A stretch of 63,189 bases of DNA, filler included, from Globobulimina sp. (lineage: Eukaryota), in the NCBI GenBank assembly GCA_003354225.1. It is 26 parts of 26 records of this genome, joined end to end, with 100 filler letters (N's around TTAATTAATTAA, not from the genome) between each part and the next. Parts side by side here need not be neighbours in the genome. Positions count along the whole stretch, not along the records: positions 31,660 to 33,993 come from PIVH01007317.1; positions 34,094 to 36,427 come from PIVH01007318.1; positions 36,528 to 38,860 come from PIVH01007319.1; positions 38,961 to 41,293 come from PIVH01007320.1; positions 41,394 to 43,726 come from PIVH01007321.1; positions 43,827 to 46,159 come from PIVH01007322.1; 20 more parts are not named here. One strand, given 5' to 3'. The notes beneath the pieces were generated by a model, which had not been told where the DNA came from, ran no database searches, and worked only from the letters and a program-made list of their open reading frames with translations. A program made the position numbers and the translations under genes. Numbering within the stretch: the first letter of the stretch is position 1; each line of letters begins with the position of its first letter. Of the stretch, positions 32,101-45,639 are shown piece by piece.

Positions 32101-33578
32101 CTTGAGTATAGACGCCAAGTACGGGCACTTTTTGATACACTGGGCCAATGTCTAAATTTTGCAAAGTTAAATTCACGAAACCATTAATTGCTACTCCACC
32201 CACTTCAAAATGCTGAATGCGCAAATCTGAGAGTTGAACATTATTACAACCGTTACCATGGATGCCGTGATGCGAAGAACGGCCAATTACTCCATTTTTA
32301 ATAATTACATTATTTGCATAAGTCATATATGGACCAAAATTGCCTGGTCCCTGGCCGGAAATAAATGATTTCGAACCAATCTCAATGATACTAAACCAGC
32401 GTTGTTGTAAATGGAATATGGCCGACATGGATAATGTATGACCATTTAAATCAATGGTCACATAATCACTTTCTACCGTTATGCCGGCAAAGAAACCCAT
32501 CGAATACGGACCGATAAATGTTCCGCCAGCACCCATATATTCATCTTCTTGGTCTTGCCGTGGATACCATGCGTTTGGAGCATTTGGTGAGGTGATCTCA
32601 CCACGATTCATATTGAAAGAAATATCCTCCATAATTTTGTAGGTCCCTGTCGCTCGAATACGGTATGTACCATTTTCAAAATTTGTATTATATAATAAAA
32701 TTGTACTGTTTTTGTTGGTATTCATGGTCGCATTGACCGAATTATCAGCAACATCGTCAGGGACATCCCAGTTTGATGCATTCACCACAGTTTTGGTTAG
32801 CGCAGCAGCTGATGGCTTGTAACAAACACAGTAGTTTCCATTTGTGCCAATGGATGGATCTGCATTATAACCGGTAGAGACACAGTCGTCGTGTTCAGAA
32901 GTAACAGCACGATCTGCATCAGCTTCCATATGAGTGCATAAGCCGGATATTAAGTCGTCGCCAGTGGTGATTGTGGTGCATTTATAACATTCTAATGTCG
33001 AGGAATCCATATCGCAAAATCCTTTGCTTATCCATAAACAGCCAATATAATTACCAGTCAGATAGTATACAGAGTTATCTTTATAATCATCTGTAAATGC
33101 ACATGATTTGCAATCTTGTGCTATGCCAAATAATGTGCCACTGTCTGCTGGTACGAACCATTCGCGCCATGTTACGTGTTCATTTAAGGTGGATGAGGCT
33201 GCAAAGTCTGTGATGCTGTATATTTATATTAATATGTGTAATTTCGTGCATTTGTTTAAGATTTCCGAATTTCCACGTAATTAACTCGGAGTAAGAAGTA
33301 AAATATGATTTTGGATGGTGATAATTGTTAATATCGAAGATTGAAGGATCAATAATTATCCATCCACCATTACAAAACACATAAATATTTGGATATAAAT
33401 CATTCGCATCTTCAATTGGTCGGATCCAATGGTATCCATCATCTAAACCATTACATGATGTTGGTAATTTTGTAATGTCGGTTGGGTAATCCTCAGATTT
33501 TAATTTATTTGAAGATCGACTATCAACATAATTAATCAATGCAATACACGGTAAAAGGCACGAGAGAATGGTAGACAT
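32054..33578 (-). CDS. Secreted right-handed beta-helix (pectate-lyase-like) protein, apparently truncated by the HNH sequence
   Basis: Signal peptide; intron 33285-33216; GTYRI..GTYKIMEDISFN, ITVESDYVTIDLNGHTL, NVIIKNGVIGRSSHHGIHGN. Confidence 0.75.
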
Positions 33579-33615
33579 TACAAATAGAGGTGATGCAAAA
33601 CTCAGCCAGCTAAGT

Positions 33616-33657
33616 TGTTTTCTAGAAAATGTTTTCTAGAGAATGTTTTCTAGAGAC
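33616..33657. repeat. 3 x 14-bp tandem repeat with a TCTAGA core
   Basis: TGTTTTCTAGA(A/G)A(A/C) x3, about 40 nt upstream of the ATG at 33578. Confidence 0.85.
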
Positions 33658-34093
33658 CCGATGCATGCCCGGCAAACAAACTGAATTTAATTAACTAAAA
33701 TAATGGATTGTACACATAACACATACAAATGGAAATCAATCACAAAAACTATACTATTTGTCAAATATTAATATTATTATAATTGATCGTTTTTATTTTA
33801 CAAAAATTCATAATTTGTGATTTCTATCTCCTGATTCTGTCCATACATACAAATCGCAAAAGTAAATTTTTTACAATTATCCAATAATGTTCTTGTTTCT
33901 GCTTTTCTTTCATTATAATAAATTATTAACTCATTCTTTATAAAATTAAATGATAATTTAAATATATCTCCTTCTTTGAAATTATTTGCTGCTNNNNNNN
34001 NNNNNNNNNNNNNNNNNNNNNNNNNNNNNNNNNNNNNTTAATTAATTAANNNNNNNNNNNNNNNNNNNNNNNNNNNNNNNNNNNNNNNNNNNN

Positions 34094-35238
34094 AATATGT
34101 ACCCACTGTAATACATTATGTCCCCAATGGTTGTGTACTCAAATAAATACGCATATTGACTGTATTGAATCAGAAAATATGCAATCAACGCCATTCCCAA
34201 CAACGTGAAAGCAATGCTGATCCAAATGATCAGTGTACCTAAGCGACGAATACATAAACCCCATAACATAGAGACCAATAAAGCAGTGATTGCGCTGTTT
34301 AATTAATAATGTTTGTGAGTGTGTAGAGGTGTTATTGGGTGCGAGGATATATTGACATACGTAATAACGAATAGCATTGTTGCAGTTTGCACATCATTTA
34401 CAGCTAAGGCTACTTTATCCGACAATTGATCGAATTCTGCTTCAAACTCATCATAGTCTCGATCTATTACTGCAGAGGCAATGTCTTTGGCGTAGTCGGG
34501 ATTGGGAATGCATACCGCATCTAATATATTGATGGAGCCATAGCCCGATATATCAAAAGCTAAACCTGTTGCTGGATCTATTTGAATATCCGAAATATCC
34601 GCGTCGAAGGAGGGCGTTACTATTCTCTCGTCTGTCATTGTGTCATTACAGTGTTCTACACAGATGCGAACGTCGTAGATACGGATGTCTGGCCATGCTG
34701 CGTAATTGCCCCCAGTGGTTACATTGAAAACAAATTCAAAATTATCGTATGTTGGCGCACATAATTGTCCATATAAATCGGCGTAATACACTAACCATCG
34801 GGGGTCTGCTTGTAAGGTGGTGACTGAATATAAAAATAATGCTATTTGTAATAATATGGTTACTATAAATAATAAACAGCAGGGAATGTCGGTACAATGT
34901 CTGTCTTCTTTGATTGAGAGGAATGGTGTTTCGCTGTTAAAACTACAACAGCAACATTTTAGGCCCGACCATGCACCGAATATACCACAACATTTACAAA
35001 AGAAACAAGCACCGGCTTTGTGGTCTTTCGCTATTTTCTTTTTTTGTTCTAAGGTTAGGTTCTTAGATGATATGGATAGGAGCAATTAGTAAATCGTGTA
35101 TGTAGTTAGATAATAACATACATCGTGCCATGATTTAGCATATCCATGACCAAAAGCATTTGAATCTGGTTGATTTCCATCTTCCATGTCTTCTAATTCA
35201 CTCTTTCCATTTCCACAAATTCCTGCACAACAACCCAT
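34094..35238 (-). CDS. Choline transporter-like protein (SLC44/CTL), multi-exon, 3'-partial
   Basis: DRHCTDIPCCLLF, DPRWLVY..D.YGQLC, RICVEHC; start MGCCAG; introns. Confidence 0.88.
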
Positions 35239-35284
35239 GTTTGTTTTTTGTTTTCAAAGTAAGTTTTGATCTTAGTAGTCCTCA

Positions 35285-36427
35285 ATGGGCAACACATCAA
35301 ACAAAGAAAATAAGAAATCTGATTTAAAAAAAACAGCACAAACTGTGTTTACATCCACAATAATCTCAATCCCAAATGAAAGACGGAACGATGAAATTGC
35401 AGAAGATCAAATACAAATCCTCGAATTATTTATTAGCCCGGATAAGGATATATGCATTTTACTGTTAAAAGAGAAAACATTCACTGGTGATTTTGCACCT
35501 ATTTATTACATCCATATATATTATTACGATTCAATGAAAAATCAATTTGTTATTGTATTAAACTACACCATCAAAGATGAAATAGATCATATTGAGAAAG
35601 CACTATATGATCCAAATAATAATTACATTTTATGTTATAACACATTAAAACAAGTCAATGATGTTCAGCAAAACAAATTTTTCCTCTTTAAATTCGAATT
35701 TTTAACACGAAATAATCCTAAATTAGGAATGAATGGCTATAATATGACCAAACTGCTTCACCCTCACATAAATTTCTTTGGTAAATGTCGATATGGTATG
35801 ATACCTACACACATTACACATACATATACAAACATATATTAATTAATAATTATAGCTACATTTTTAAAGCAAGCAAATGAATTATTGTTTGTATTCGAGA
35901 AGGGATATTTTATATTACTGAGTTGTGATGAATCTACCAAACAATATCAACACATTAACTATTTCAGTTCTCGTTCCTCATATAAATACTTAACGCAACG
36001 CAGGCACAAAAAATCAAGCAATGCATCAGAGAACTCGCAACATTCACAGTCTCCACTTCCTCACAACAGCCGCGTTCACAGAAAACAGAAGCGTGGATAT
36101 CGGGTAATTATGGCCTCTGTGCATGAGAAAAGAGACAGAATTACATGGATCGAATGTGAATATAACCATTATTATTTACAAATATTCTCTTTAAAATCCA
36201 TATTAGATAACAAACACTCGCAAGAATACAGCAATCATTCCATAGACATCTCGCATTCAGAAACCAACAAACATAAGAATGGCCATAGCAATCCAACCAA
36301 TCCCGTCATGAAAATAACACCAATTTCAATCGATATGGGCGACTATCTGATTGTATCCCGTCTAATCTTTGCCAATAAGAAAGACCTCGCCACCGTACGT
36401 TGCATATTTGGCGAGAATTATGATTTC
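35285..36427 (+). CDS. Hypothetical protein (MGNxxS myristoylation start; possible beta-propeller), 3'-partial
   Basis: Two ORFs joined by an intron at about 35796-35855. Confidence 0.6.
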
Positions 36428-36546
36428 NNNNNNNNNNNNNNNNNNNNNNNNNNNNNNNNNNNNNNNNNNNNTTAATTAATTAANNNNNNNNNNNNNNNNN
36501 NNNNNNNNNNNNNNNNNNNNNNNNNNNAATCTATATAAAATGCAAA

Positions 36547-38860
36547 ATGCATCCACTGCTCATCATATATAACTATTTATCTTATACATGTCCATTAAAT
36601 ACATGTTTCAATCAATCATCTGTGAGAGATTCTTATTTTTCATACAAATATCAATGTTCTAATTCTACTGACACAAATAAGCAAGGAATTTACAGAATTG
36701 ATTATGCAAATTATAACTGCACTGAAATTGATTCAACTCAACGAACATATCGAATAAATAACATCCATAAATATGGATGCGGCGCCACTCCATCTTCATC
36801 TTCATCAGCAACATGCACCTCAAATGAATACGCTTTGATAGAAAAAGAAAATACATTTACTGGTAAAAAAGAACAAAAAGGTGTCATAATAAACAAATGC
36901 ATCTCATATTCATCCTCGCCAACATCAAATACCTCTCAATATATCCAATGCGGCAACCAATTGCGCCCTGACCCAAAACAATTAAAAACCTGGATCTTTG
37001 ATGATGATTCTTGCACAAAACTGCATTATGTTGACACATACGCAATACACCAATGGTTTGAATATCAAAACACAGAATTAATTGCCATACATTGCCCTCT
37101 ATGTGACCCGCAACGCATAGCTTATGATACAGCCAATGCAAAAGTGTCTGGACAGAAAAATATCAAATCAAATTATGTCATATTTGATGACAAAACATAC
37201 AAATTCCCGCAGGCACTGGATATTTGTAACACATTTCGTAATCAATTAATATATTTATGGATCATATAAATATGTTTGCATTCGGGACAATATATATAAA
37301 GCAATCTGGACAGAGTCAATGCTATGCACTGGTTTATACAATGCAATATCATCATTACCAAACATTATCGATTTTAATTGCATAAATTATAAAAGCAATC
37401 ACTGGCATTACTCCGAGACAATCCAGCCATCATATATTCAATTAACACGCTATGAATCTATTATTGATGATATTGGTGAGGAGGACATCCGAGGAGATCT
37501 GGAGCACTTTGAGCAGATATCATACATTACAGATTATTGCATTCGACAAAATAAAGCAACATATATAATTATTGAATGTCAGGAAACGTTTATGAGTGTG
37601 CATTATTATCATGACAACCAATGCAAACATCAAATATCAGAATGTCTCAGTTTATGGCAATCAAATTCATGCAATTTAATCAATAAGTTATATTTTGAAG
37701 TGATTGGTGTTTGCAGTGGACAACGACGAACATTTGCATATTCTTCGTATATGGCACTTGATACATATATGAATACCACCGATGTATATGATCCATTTCT
37801 TGATAATAACAACTCTTCAAATAGGGAGATAGCGAGTAATTATGTTACTATTCATAGCGATGGATATAAAGAAGCAGTAAATAAATGTAATGAGTATAGT
37901 TTACATGGTGTAAAGAACTCATATAAATATGACTGCATTGGAGATAAAAAAGGGAATAAACGGAAGATAAAAAAAAGAAAATGGAGAAACCAGAAACATT
38001 GTGATAAATATGGTGATGACTGGGATGAAGAAAAGGAAGTGAAAAGTAAGGATTATGAATGCGATTTGGATGATGTGGAGGTTGGAATTGTAGAAGCAAA
38101 TTGTTACTCAAATCAAAACTATTGGCAGCAAACAGCGATTATATTACATTCGTGTATTCCTATTAATAAACAACAAAATAGTATTTATATTGCATGCTAT
38201 GCAAAGTTTACCATTGCATGGTATTATCATAGTTATGTATCTGCTGTATATTATATTTATTGATAGATGCAAATATAATATAATATGTAGATAATGATTG
38301 TACGTACTATGATCACAAAGAGAAATGGTTTAGTACTAAATGTGAATCAAGATATTCGGAGTTTTTATTGGATTGTAATGGTGATGGTCATAAAAATGAC
38401 AGCACATATTCACCGACTACACACCCTGACCAATGGCCAAATTTTACCACAACAACCACTATATTCAATATATCTGCATCAGTGTCGGGTGTACCATCAC
38501 CAAGTTTTATTACATTACCACCACAAACTGCATCACCAACACAAATATTAACAATAAAGCCATCTCAATTTACAACATCAACACTTAATTTGAATGTTTC
38601 TGTTGCATCGACAAAGTTACCATCGCTTACACTCTCACACACCTCAATTCCAACAACATGTATGTCTGTAAAACACTTTTTTAATTATTTGTGTAATTTT
38701 GTACTATATTTATGGTTTTTTTATTGCAAGCACCAACCACAAACATTCCAACATTAATCCCGACACTATTTCCTACTTCAAATCCATCCCAACCTCCATC
38801 ATCAAATCCATCTAAATCCCCATCATCAAACCCATCACAATTCCCATCTTTAAAACCCTC
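36547..38860 (+). CDS. Cys-rich extracellular protein with PT/PS repeats, multi-exon, partial
   Basis: Repeated S.KY.C..Y..C..Y.C modules; PSSNPSK repeats; short introns. Confidence 0.7.
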
Positions 38861-39481
38861 NNNNNNNNNNNNNNNNNNNNNNNNNNNNNNNNNNNNNNNN
38901 NNNNTTAATTAATTAANNNNNNNNNNNNNNNNNNNNNNNNNNNNNNNNNNNNNNNNNNNNTTTTTGCCATTTTCAGCATTTAATATATTCCTAATTAATG
39001 ACTTATCATTTATTAACCAAGTATACGTACCACTATTTGCGCCAATACACCCAATACTTTGCAATTGGTATATGTGCCAGTATCTAACTTTCATCAGCCA
39101 TACAAAAAGTTTAGCTGTACTTAGCAGTTTTTTTCTTCTTCAAAATGAACAATTATTTCATGCGCTCTCTAAAACTGTTGATAAAGCTTCAAAATAGAAC
39201 ATAACTATCAATACATTTAACGATACGCATCACATGGCGCAATAGTACTAAATTCATCTCACAAACAATAGCTCCGTCACTATAGATACTATTTTAGCAT
39301 TGATTCACGTACATTGATTCTGTTCATCACCAAAAGTAATGTGCCGCAACAATTTGATGAATTAATACAAATGACAGTGATAATGTATTTGATGAAAGCA
39401 CGAGTGCTGTCCGTAAAGTCATTAAAGTGCGATCCAATTTGATAACATTAATTAAGTCAATCGATCGCAAACAATACAGAA

Positions 39482-39688
39482 TCATTTGCTATCTGATCCG
39501 TAATAACAACCAGTGCATAAATCAAAATCACATACACGACAACCAAACATTTTATCATTTAAAGACATATTTTCGACGCATTCATCACATTGATAACCTG
39601 CAGTGGGTGTATTGAATTCTTTTAATCCATGAGCGCCACCACAATTTTTATGCAATGGAGTCTTGATTTGCATGATTACTAAATGCAC
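39482..39688 (-). CDS. Small ZZ-like zinc-finger protein
   Basis: C..HGL..YQCDEC..MFGCRVCDFDLCTGCY. Confidence 0.6.
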   Translation of the reverse strand: MHLVIMQIKTPLHKNCGGAHGLKEFNTPTAGYQCDECVENMSLNDKMFGCRVCDFDLCTGCYYGSDSK

Positions 39689-39807
39689 TGTTTATGTGGT
39701 TAGGTCACTAGCTTCTGACAACACTGAAGGTTTTTATTTTGAAAATCTGGTTTATAAGTCTCAGTGCGAACAAACCAATATGCATCCAATATATATATAT
39801 ATATATA

Positions 39808-41250
39808 CTATTGACGAAAATCTTGGCATAAATAGCAATCACCATTGATAAACAAATGAATCACTTTTGGATCAATACATTGAATTCTGTGTTGTTTATA
39901 AACTTTAGATACTTTGCAGAAAAATTGATGGCAATCTTCACACATTCTCATGGATACTTTAATTTTTATATTCTTCTTCTTCTTATTATTATTATCATGG
40001 TCCGGCTTCAGCAATATAGCCAATGCTTTCTTTTCCGAATGACTCTTTAAATGTCTTTGTTTTGCAATTTCATTCGGTAATCTACAGAGTGACGTATTTA
40101 TAACAAAATCTATTTCATTAATTAAGTGATCAACTTTGTTATGTGAGTTAAATTTGCATCCACCAATGTCATATCCAGTTGAAATTATACATTCTTTTCC
40201 ATCTGATAATATAATCTTTGATCGTACATTTGTTTTTATTTTATCTTCGTTCTCCAATATCTGCCATAACGTATCCTCCATTCTTTGACCATAATCGCTA
40301 TCCAATCTCATTGCCATTCTATGAAATGTGATCAATTTATCAACCGATAATTCATTGTGAATATCAAAATGCGCATCCAAAATTTGTAAAACATTCTCCA
40401 ATTTACCATTTCGCGTTTCTTGCGAAGCTAAAACCAGCAATGCAATCACATCATGCTTATTTTGCCTCCATTTATCTATGTAATCCATATAAAACGCCCA
40501 CATTCCATCCAATTGACCTACATTGCCATACGTTGTTAAAATATGAATAAATGATATCGGATTTGTACCCAGCAATGATATCATATCGCTGTTTAGTTCC
40601 AACTCTGATAACAATGTTTCTGTAACCTTTCGAATATCATTATTGTTTTGGTACTTTGAAAAAGCATACATTGCCAGACAGTAACAATGCAAATTTGGTT
40701 TGACTCCATGTGTTTTAACAATACAATTCCAAATATCTAGACATAAATACGTGTCATGATAATGTCTGGATCGATCAACACATAAAATTAATGATTGCAG
40801 TAACAATGAATTAAAAACAATTTGCTTACCATTTTTTAAAATGTCATTCCAAATATCACCAACAAACTGTGGCTCGCCGTCACGTAATAAATGCTGCAAC
40901 ACACAAACTAAGGTATGACAATTTAATTTAATATCACTTTGCTTTGAGTTATTATAAACGTTCCTATATTCTGCCATCATATTAAATTATCTGTCTCTCC
41001 TAATAAACCATAACAATCTATGATCGTCAACCAATCTTTGACGTCGACAGTGAACTTATTGCTGAACAATAATTTAAAATCTTTCATCAATTTATAAATT
41101 AATTCTTTATTGTCGACGTCTTTATTTTTACTTTTATTAATAACAACAATCGCTTCTCGCATTGAAGAAATATTCCACATCGCCGTTTGTAGTTTAATAT
41201 TTATATTATTATCATTTAGTTTTTTGATTCTATTGTAAATATGCTCATGC
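39808..41250 (-). CDS. PPR protein with a C-terminal DYW-type deaminase domain; one frameshift near 40980
   Basis: PPR-like WLTIIDCYG, HGVKPNLHCYC, ILTTYGNVGQLD; HSEKKALA..MRMCEDCH..IHLF.NG.C..C. Confidence 0.85.
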
Positions 41251-41393
41251 TTTCAATGCTAATAAATTAATAATATTATCTATCTGTATATAANNNNNNN
41301 NNNNNNNNNNNNNNNNNNNNNNNNNNNNNNNNNNNNNTTAATTAATTAANNNNNNNNNNNNNNNNNNNNNNNNNNNNNNNNNNNNNNNNNNNN

Positions 41394-42689
41394 TCTGTAT
41401 TTGCAACACGACGGAGTAGCGAGCCATCCATTTCCTGCTTGCAACACACCTTCGAGTACATCATCAATCCACGACACACCTTCCATATCATATAAATTTG
41501 CACCGTCAATCGCCGCCACATCAAATAACACCGCTGCTAAATCCATATTGGATACAATATAATCCTCAGGCACCACGATAGTGCCTCCACTGGTACTCGT
41601 ATCAAAATAGGGCGGGAATCGAATAAATTGAAACATGCGCGTTCCCTGCTCATATAATGAACCTTTTGCACCCATTCCCTGCTCATTCATTAAAACCACA
41701 AATGTCTCATCATATACCCCTTCATCTTCCAAAATCTTTATTAACGCAGCAACGCTGTCATCAGCCCACAGTGCGCCGGCTCTATCTCCGTCGTTGTCTG
41801 CGCGAGAAATAATATCCGCACGACTTGACATTCCAGATCTTGTCAATAGAGCTTCACCATTTAATTCCCCCTTTGGTGTGAACCTTGCATCTGGGAATTT
41901 TGATAAAGTGTTCCATATATTTGGCAAATGAGTGATTGTGTGAGCAAAGTGCAAATAAAATGGTGTACTGCCAGCTACTGCCGATTGTATGAAATTTTTA
42001 GCCTTCGCAACCATCCATTCCGGGTTATGGGAAAATTCTGCCATATTTTTATGTATATTGCCATGATAAAACCCATCAACAAAATCAAATCCATGCTCCT
42101 TTAAAATAGCAGCGCAGTCAGCATACTTTTGTGGGTCTGACGCACTATTTAATGACCTGCAGGACAATGATGGACGGCCGTTGTCGTCCAATGATAATAA
42201 ATGCCATTTCCCAATCATGCCGGTTTCATATCCACCATAATTTTTTAATACGTACGGTATGTTATTCACAGTATCGTGGGTACCGTATAATTTTGTACTT
42301 TCGATAGTAGCGAATACTCCGTCTGTTAAATCCTGAGTGCTGCTGCGTAATGTCTGACTGATGGAATATTCAGATCTCACGGCCTGCCTTCCAGTTAAAA
42401 TAGAAAATCTTGAAACAGCACACATTGGGTTGGCATAGGTGCGAGGAAATACAATACTTTCATCGATGAAGGATTCAATGGTTGGAAGGTGAACATCCAC
42501 ATAAGACACGACGTTGCCATTTGCTAAGGTTGTTCCCTTTGGATACGAATGGTCCCAATATGTAGTATATTTAAAGTCGTCCACTACGATAATTAAGAAA
42601 TTAGGTTTGAATGAAAGTGTCGGCCGAGTTACAGCTGCCAATGTACATTCGACGAATATCAGTAACAATGATGCAATTAACACAGCCAT
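41394..42689 (-). CDS. Secreted sulfatase (S1 family), 3'-partial
   Basis: KPNFLIIVVDD, CAVSRFSILTGR, GYETGMIGKWHL, KGSLYEQG, VSNMDLA. Confidence 0.92.
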
Positions 42690-42874
42690 TCTGATTGTAA
42701 CTGATTTACTAAATAAGTAATGAGGCAAGAATAGTATTTTTGATTTTAACATTTTCACGAAGTAAGCTAGTCATCACTTATTTGACAACACATCGATAAT
42801 TATATATAATTATGATACAATTAATGTAGTGAAGTTATAAAACATTATTAAAAAGACAGGAGAGCAATCCATCA

Positions 42875-43726
42875 TCAATCACGATTAAATTGTTCAATAA
42901 ATTCGGCATTGGCACAAGAGATAAAACAAGCTTTTATTTGCCCACAAAAAGACAATATCGCCATGATTAATTTTATTAAAATAAAAGCATGATAATGTCC
43001 ATGAATATGTTGTGTCCATCCACTCATTACACAAAATATAATTAATTTCGGAACGGTTTCAACAAATTGACACAATATTAATAATGGATATATCTGAGCT
43101 TCCTTCTCCAACATTGCATTAAACATTTCTTTAATGGACAATGCCTCCATATCATACAACTTATTATACCATTTTTGTAGTTTCTCATTTTTTGATAAAG
43201 TGTTATTTTTATGATCCTCTTCTTTATCGCTTAAATGCGAACTTCGTGAACATGGAAATCGTTGATCGATATAGATTGTACCCACATTGTTCCTATTTTG
43301 AACCAAATAATAGGTCTTACAAATTGTGTTAAATGATGACACATTTAATATTCCCACAAACAATAAACTTAAATATTTCATACTGACAGGGATTGTCTGT
43401 GTATTACATATTATAATCTCGGACTTTGACTATAAAAACATATGTTTTTGCTTTTATATATGTATTAACTTTATGGTGCAAATATTGATATTGTTTTTCT
43501 ACGCTGACGTCATGCGACCAATTATTGCGTATAATGAATGACAGAATGACATTACAAAAATGATTGAAAACAATGCATGAAATATATAAATATAACAGAA
43601 AATTTGTATGATGATCCGTATCAAATAAAAATGCTTTATTTATTAGTAAATATATAAATATAACATCACTGATTTCATCGATCCATACCCATATCATTGA
43701 AATTAACATTGTAGAGATTAAATAGC
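42875..43726 (-). CDS. Membrane protein, interrupted (frameshift or intron near 43400)
   Basis: Two hydrophobic ORFs (WIDEISD; QFVETVPKL). Confidence 0.45.
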
Positions 43727-43913
43727 NNNNNNNNNNNNNNNNNNNNNNNNNNNNNNNNNNNNNNNNNNNNTTAATTAATTAANNNNNNNNNNNNNNNNNN
43801 NNNNNNNNNNNNNNNNNNNNNNNNNNCTTGAATTTGGTCTGCCATCATTCCGTTAGATAAACTTATTTGAAGCTGTTTTTCATCAACATATTTCTTAGGA
43901 ATGAACACTGTGA

Positions 43914-43994
43914 ATGACATTGTTGCTGCGGATTCTTTGACAATTCAGAGCTGTGGATGACATTGTTGCTGCGGATGACATTGTTGCTGCGGAT
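43914..43994 (-). repeat. Three copies of ATCCGCAGCAACAATGTCAT (start-codon context)
   Basis: Copies at 43914-43933, 43957-43976, 43975-43994. Confidence 0.85.
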
Positions 43995-44206
43995 TCACAG
44001 ACGTTACTTTTTTTGTATATGGCTCTTAATTTCCACAGAAACACAACGAAATCGCATTTCTTATTAGAATCCGATCTCATAGTGGTTCTGTGGAAAGATC
44101 CATAATAATTATCCTTGGATTGTAAAATTAATGAGACGTATACTAAAATTAATGAGAACAAAAGCTTATTATTACAATTACTTTTTCCGATGCACAATGT
44201 CCAATA

Positions 44207-45291
44207 TTACAATAATGTGAATATATCTTCTTGCTCTTGGTTTGGATGAACATGTTTCGTAATGAATTTATGTTGAATAACTTGACGAGAACTATATCGT
44301 TTTTCAGCATCAACACACATTAATTTTCGAATTAAATCTTTCGCTTCGACCCCAATATGATCCCAATATGGTGATGGGAATTGATACTCTCCTTTGATTA
44401 TCATCTCATACATTTTCGGAATGGACTCCGAATTAAATGGCTGATATCCAGACAAAATAATATATAAAATGACCCCCAATGACCATAGATCGACTTGATG
44501 AGAATATGCATTATCTGTTAATATTTCAGGAGCCACATAATGCGGCGTACCACAGCAAGTATGCATAATATGTAAAGATTCTGGCACTTTCAAATAATGC
44601 GCCATGCCAAAATCAGTTATTTTTAGTCTTCCATGTCGAGTAAATAATATATTTTCGGGTTTAATGTCGCGATGCACGACGTGCTGACTATGCAAGTATT
44701 CCAATGCTCTCGCTATGGTACATACAATCAGCGCAGACCTGGCCTCATCCAGTCGACGTTTGGATTCTTGCTGCATTTGATCAAATAAATTGCCGCCTTC
44801 ACATAATTCCAATACCATTCTGATGCGATGCTTACTGTCAAACACATCCACCATATTTATTATGTACGCAAACTTAATGGATTGTAAAATACGAATTTCA
44901 TCTTTGAAAGCAAGTAATTCACGCTCTGTTAACTGTTTTTTTTCTATGATTTTCACTGCAAACGATTTTTGATCTGATTTACGAGTACAACGTTTTACTG
45001 AAGCAAACGTACCAGTTCCTATACTATCGTTTGTTATATAGTAATCACCATATTTTCTATTTATTTAATATGCGTTATATACTCGATCGTTAATTGAACA
45101 ACGAGTGAAACAAAACATAACTTGTTGAATACTTTAAATTTACGTGGTGAAATATTTATTTTTTCAATCTTTTGATACATTTTCTTTATCACAACACCAG
45201 TACCAATGAATAAGAGTGCAGCACCACATGCTATCATTGCACTCTTCCATTTATGTTTAATTACATATGTTATCAACCGGTGCCTTGACAT
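44207..45291 (-). CDS. CaMK1-like Ser/Thr kinase with an N-terminal membrane anchor; 2 exons
   Basis: GTGTFA, AVK, HRDIKPEN, DFG, CGTPHYVAPE; intron 45121-45057. Confidence 0.93.
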
Positions 45292-45346
45292 ACTCAGACG
45301 TTAAACTATAAAGTAAGCAGACTGTTTTTACGTACTTGATGACTAA

Positions 45347-45639
45347 ATGACTGCTTCCTGGCAACCACCCAAATTAGTTCTTGGTTCCAATGAATTTGGC
45401 TCTAGAATTTGGTTAATTTTTGTTGGTTGTTATATCATTCGGTGTTGGATGGTTCAAAAGGTGACAGGATAATTATTGGTGGATCGCAATATATGCATTA
45501 TGCTCAGAATTTAAATGCAATAAAAAATGCAAAACCATTAAATAATGAAATGATTAATATTTTTGAGGAAGGATGGAAAATGACAAGACAAGAAAATTTA
45601 ACATATTATAAATTATTTATGCCCAAATCAAAATTATAA
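45347..45639 (+). pseudogene. Aldo-keto reductase (AKR7-like) with most of its interior deleted
   Basis: MTASWQPPKLVLGSNEFGSR joined out of frame to WLLYHSVL..GDRIIIGGS..QNL..PL..FEEGW. Confidence 0.7.

Noticed and set aside
41040-41120. 10-bp inverted repeat suggesting an inversion in the PPR gene
   Set aside because: The enclosed segment translates as a plausible PPR in its present orientation.
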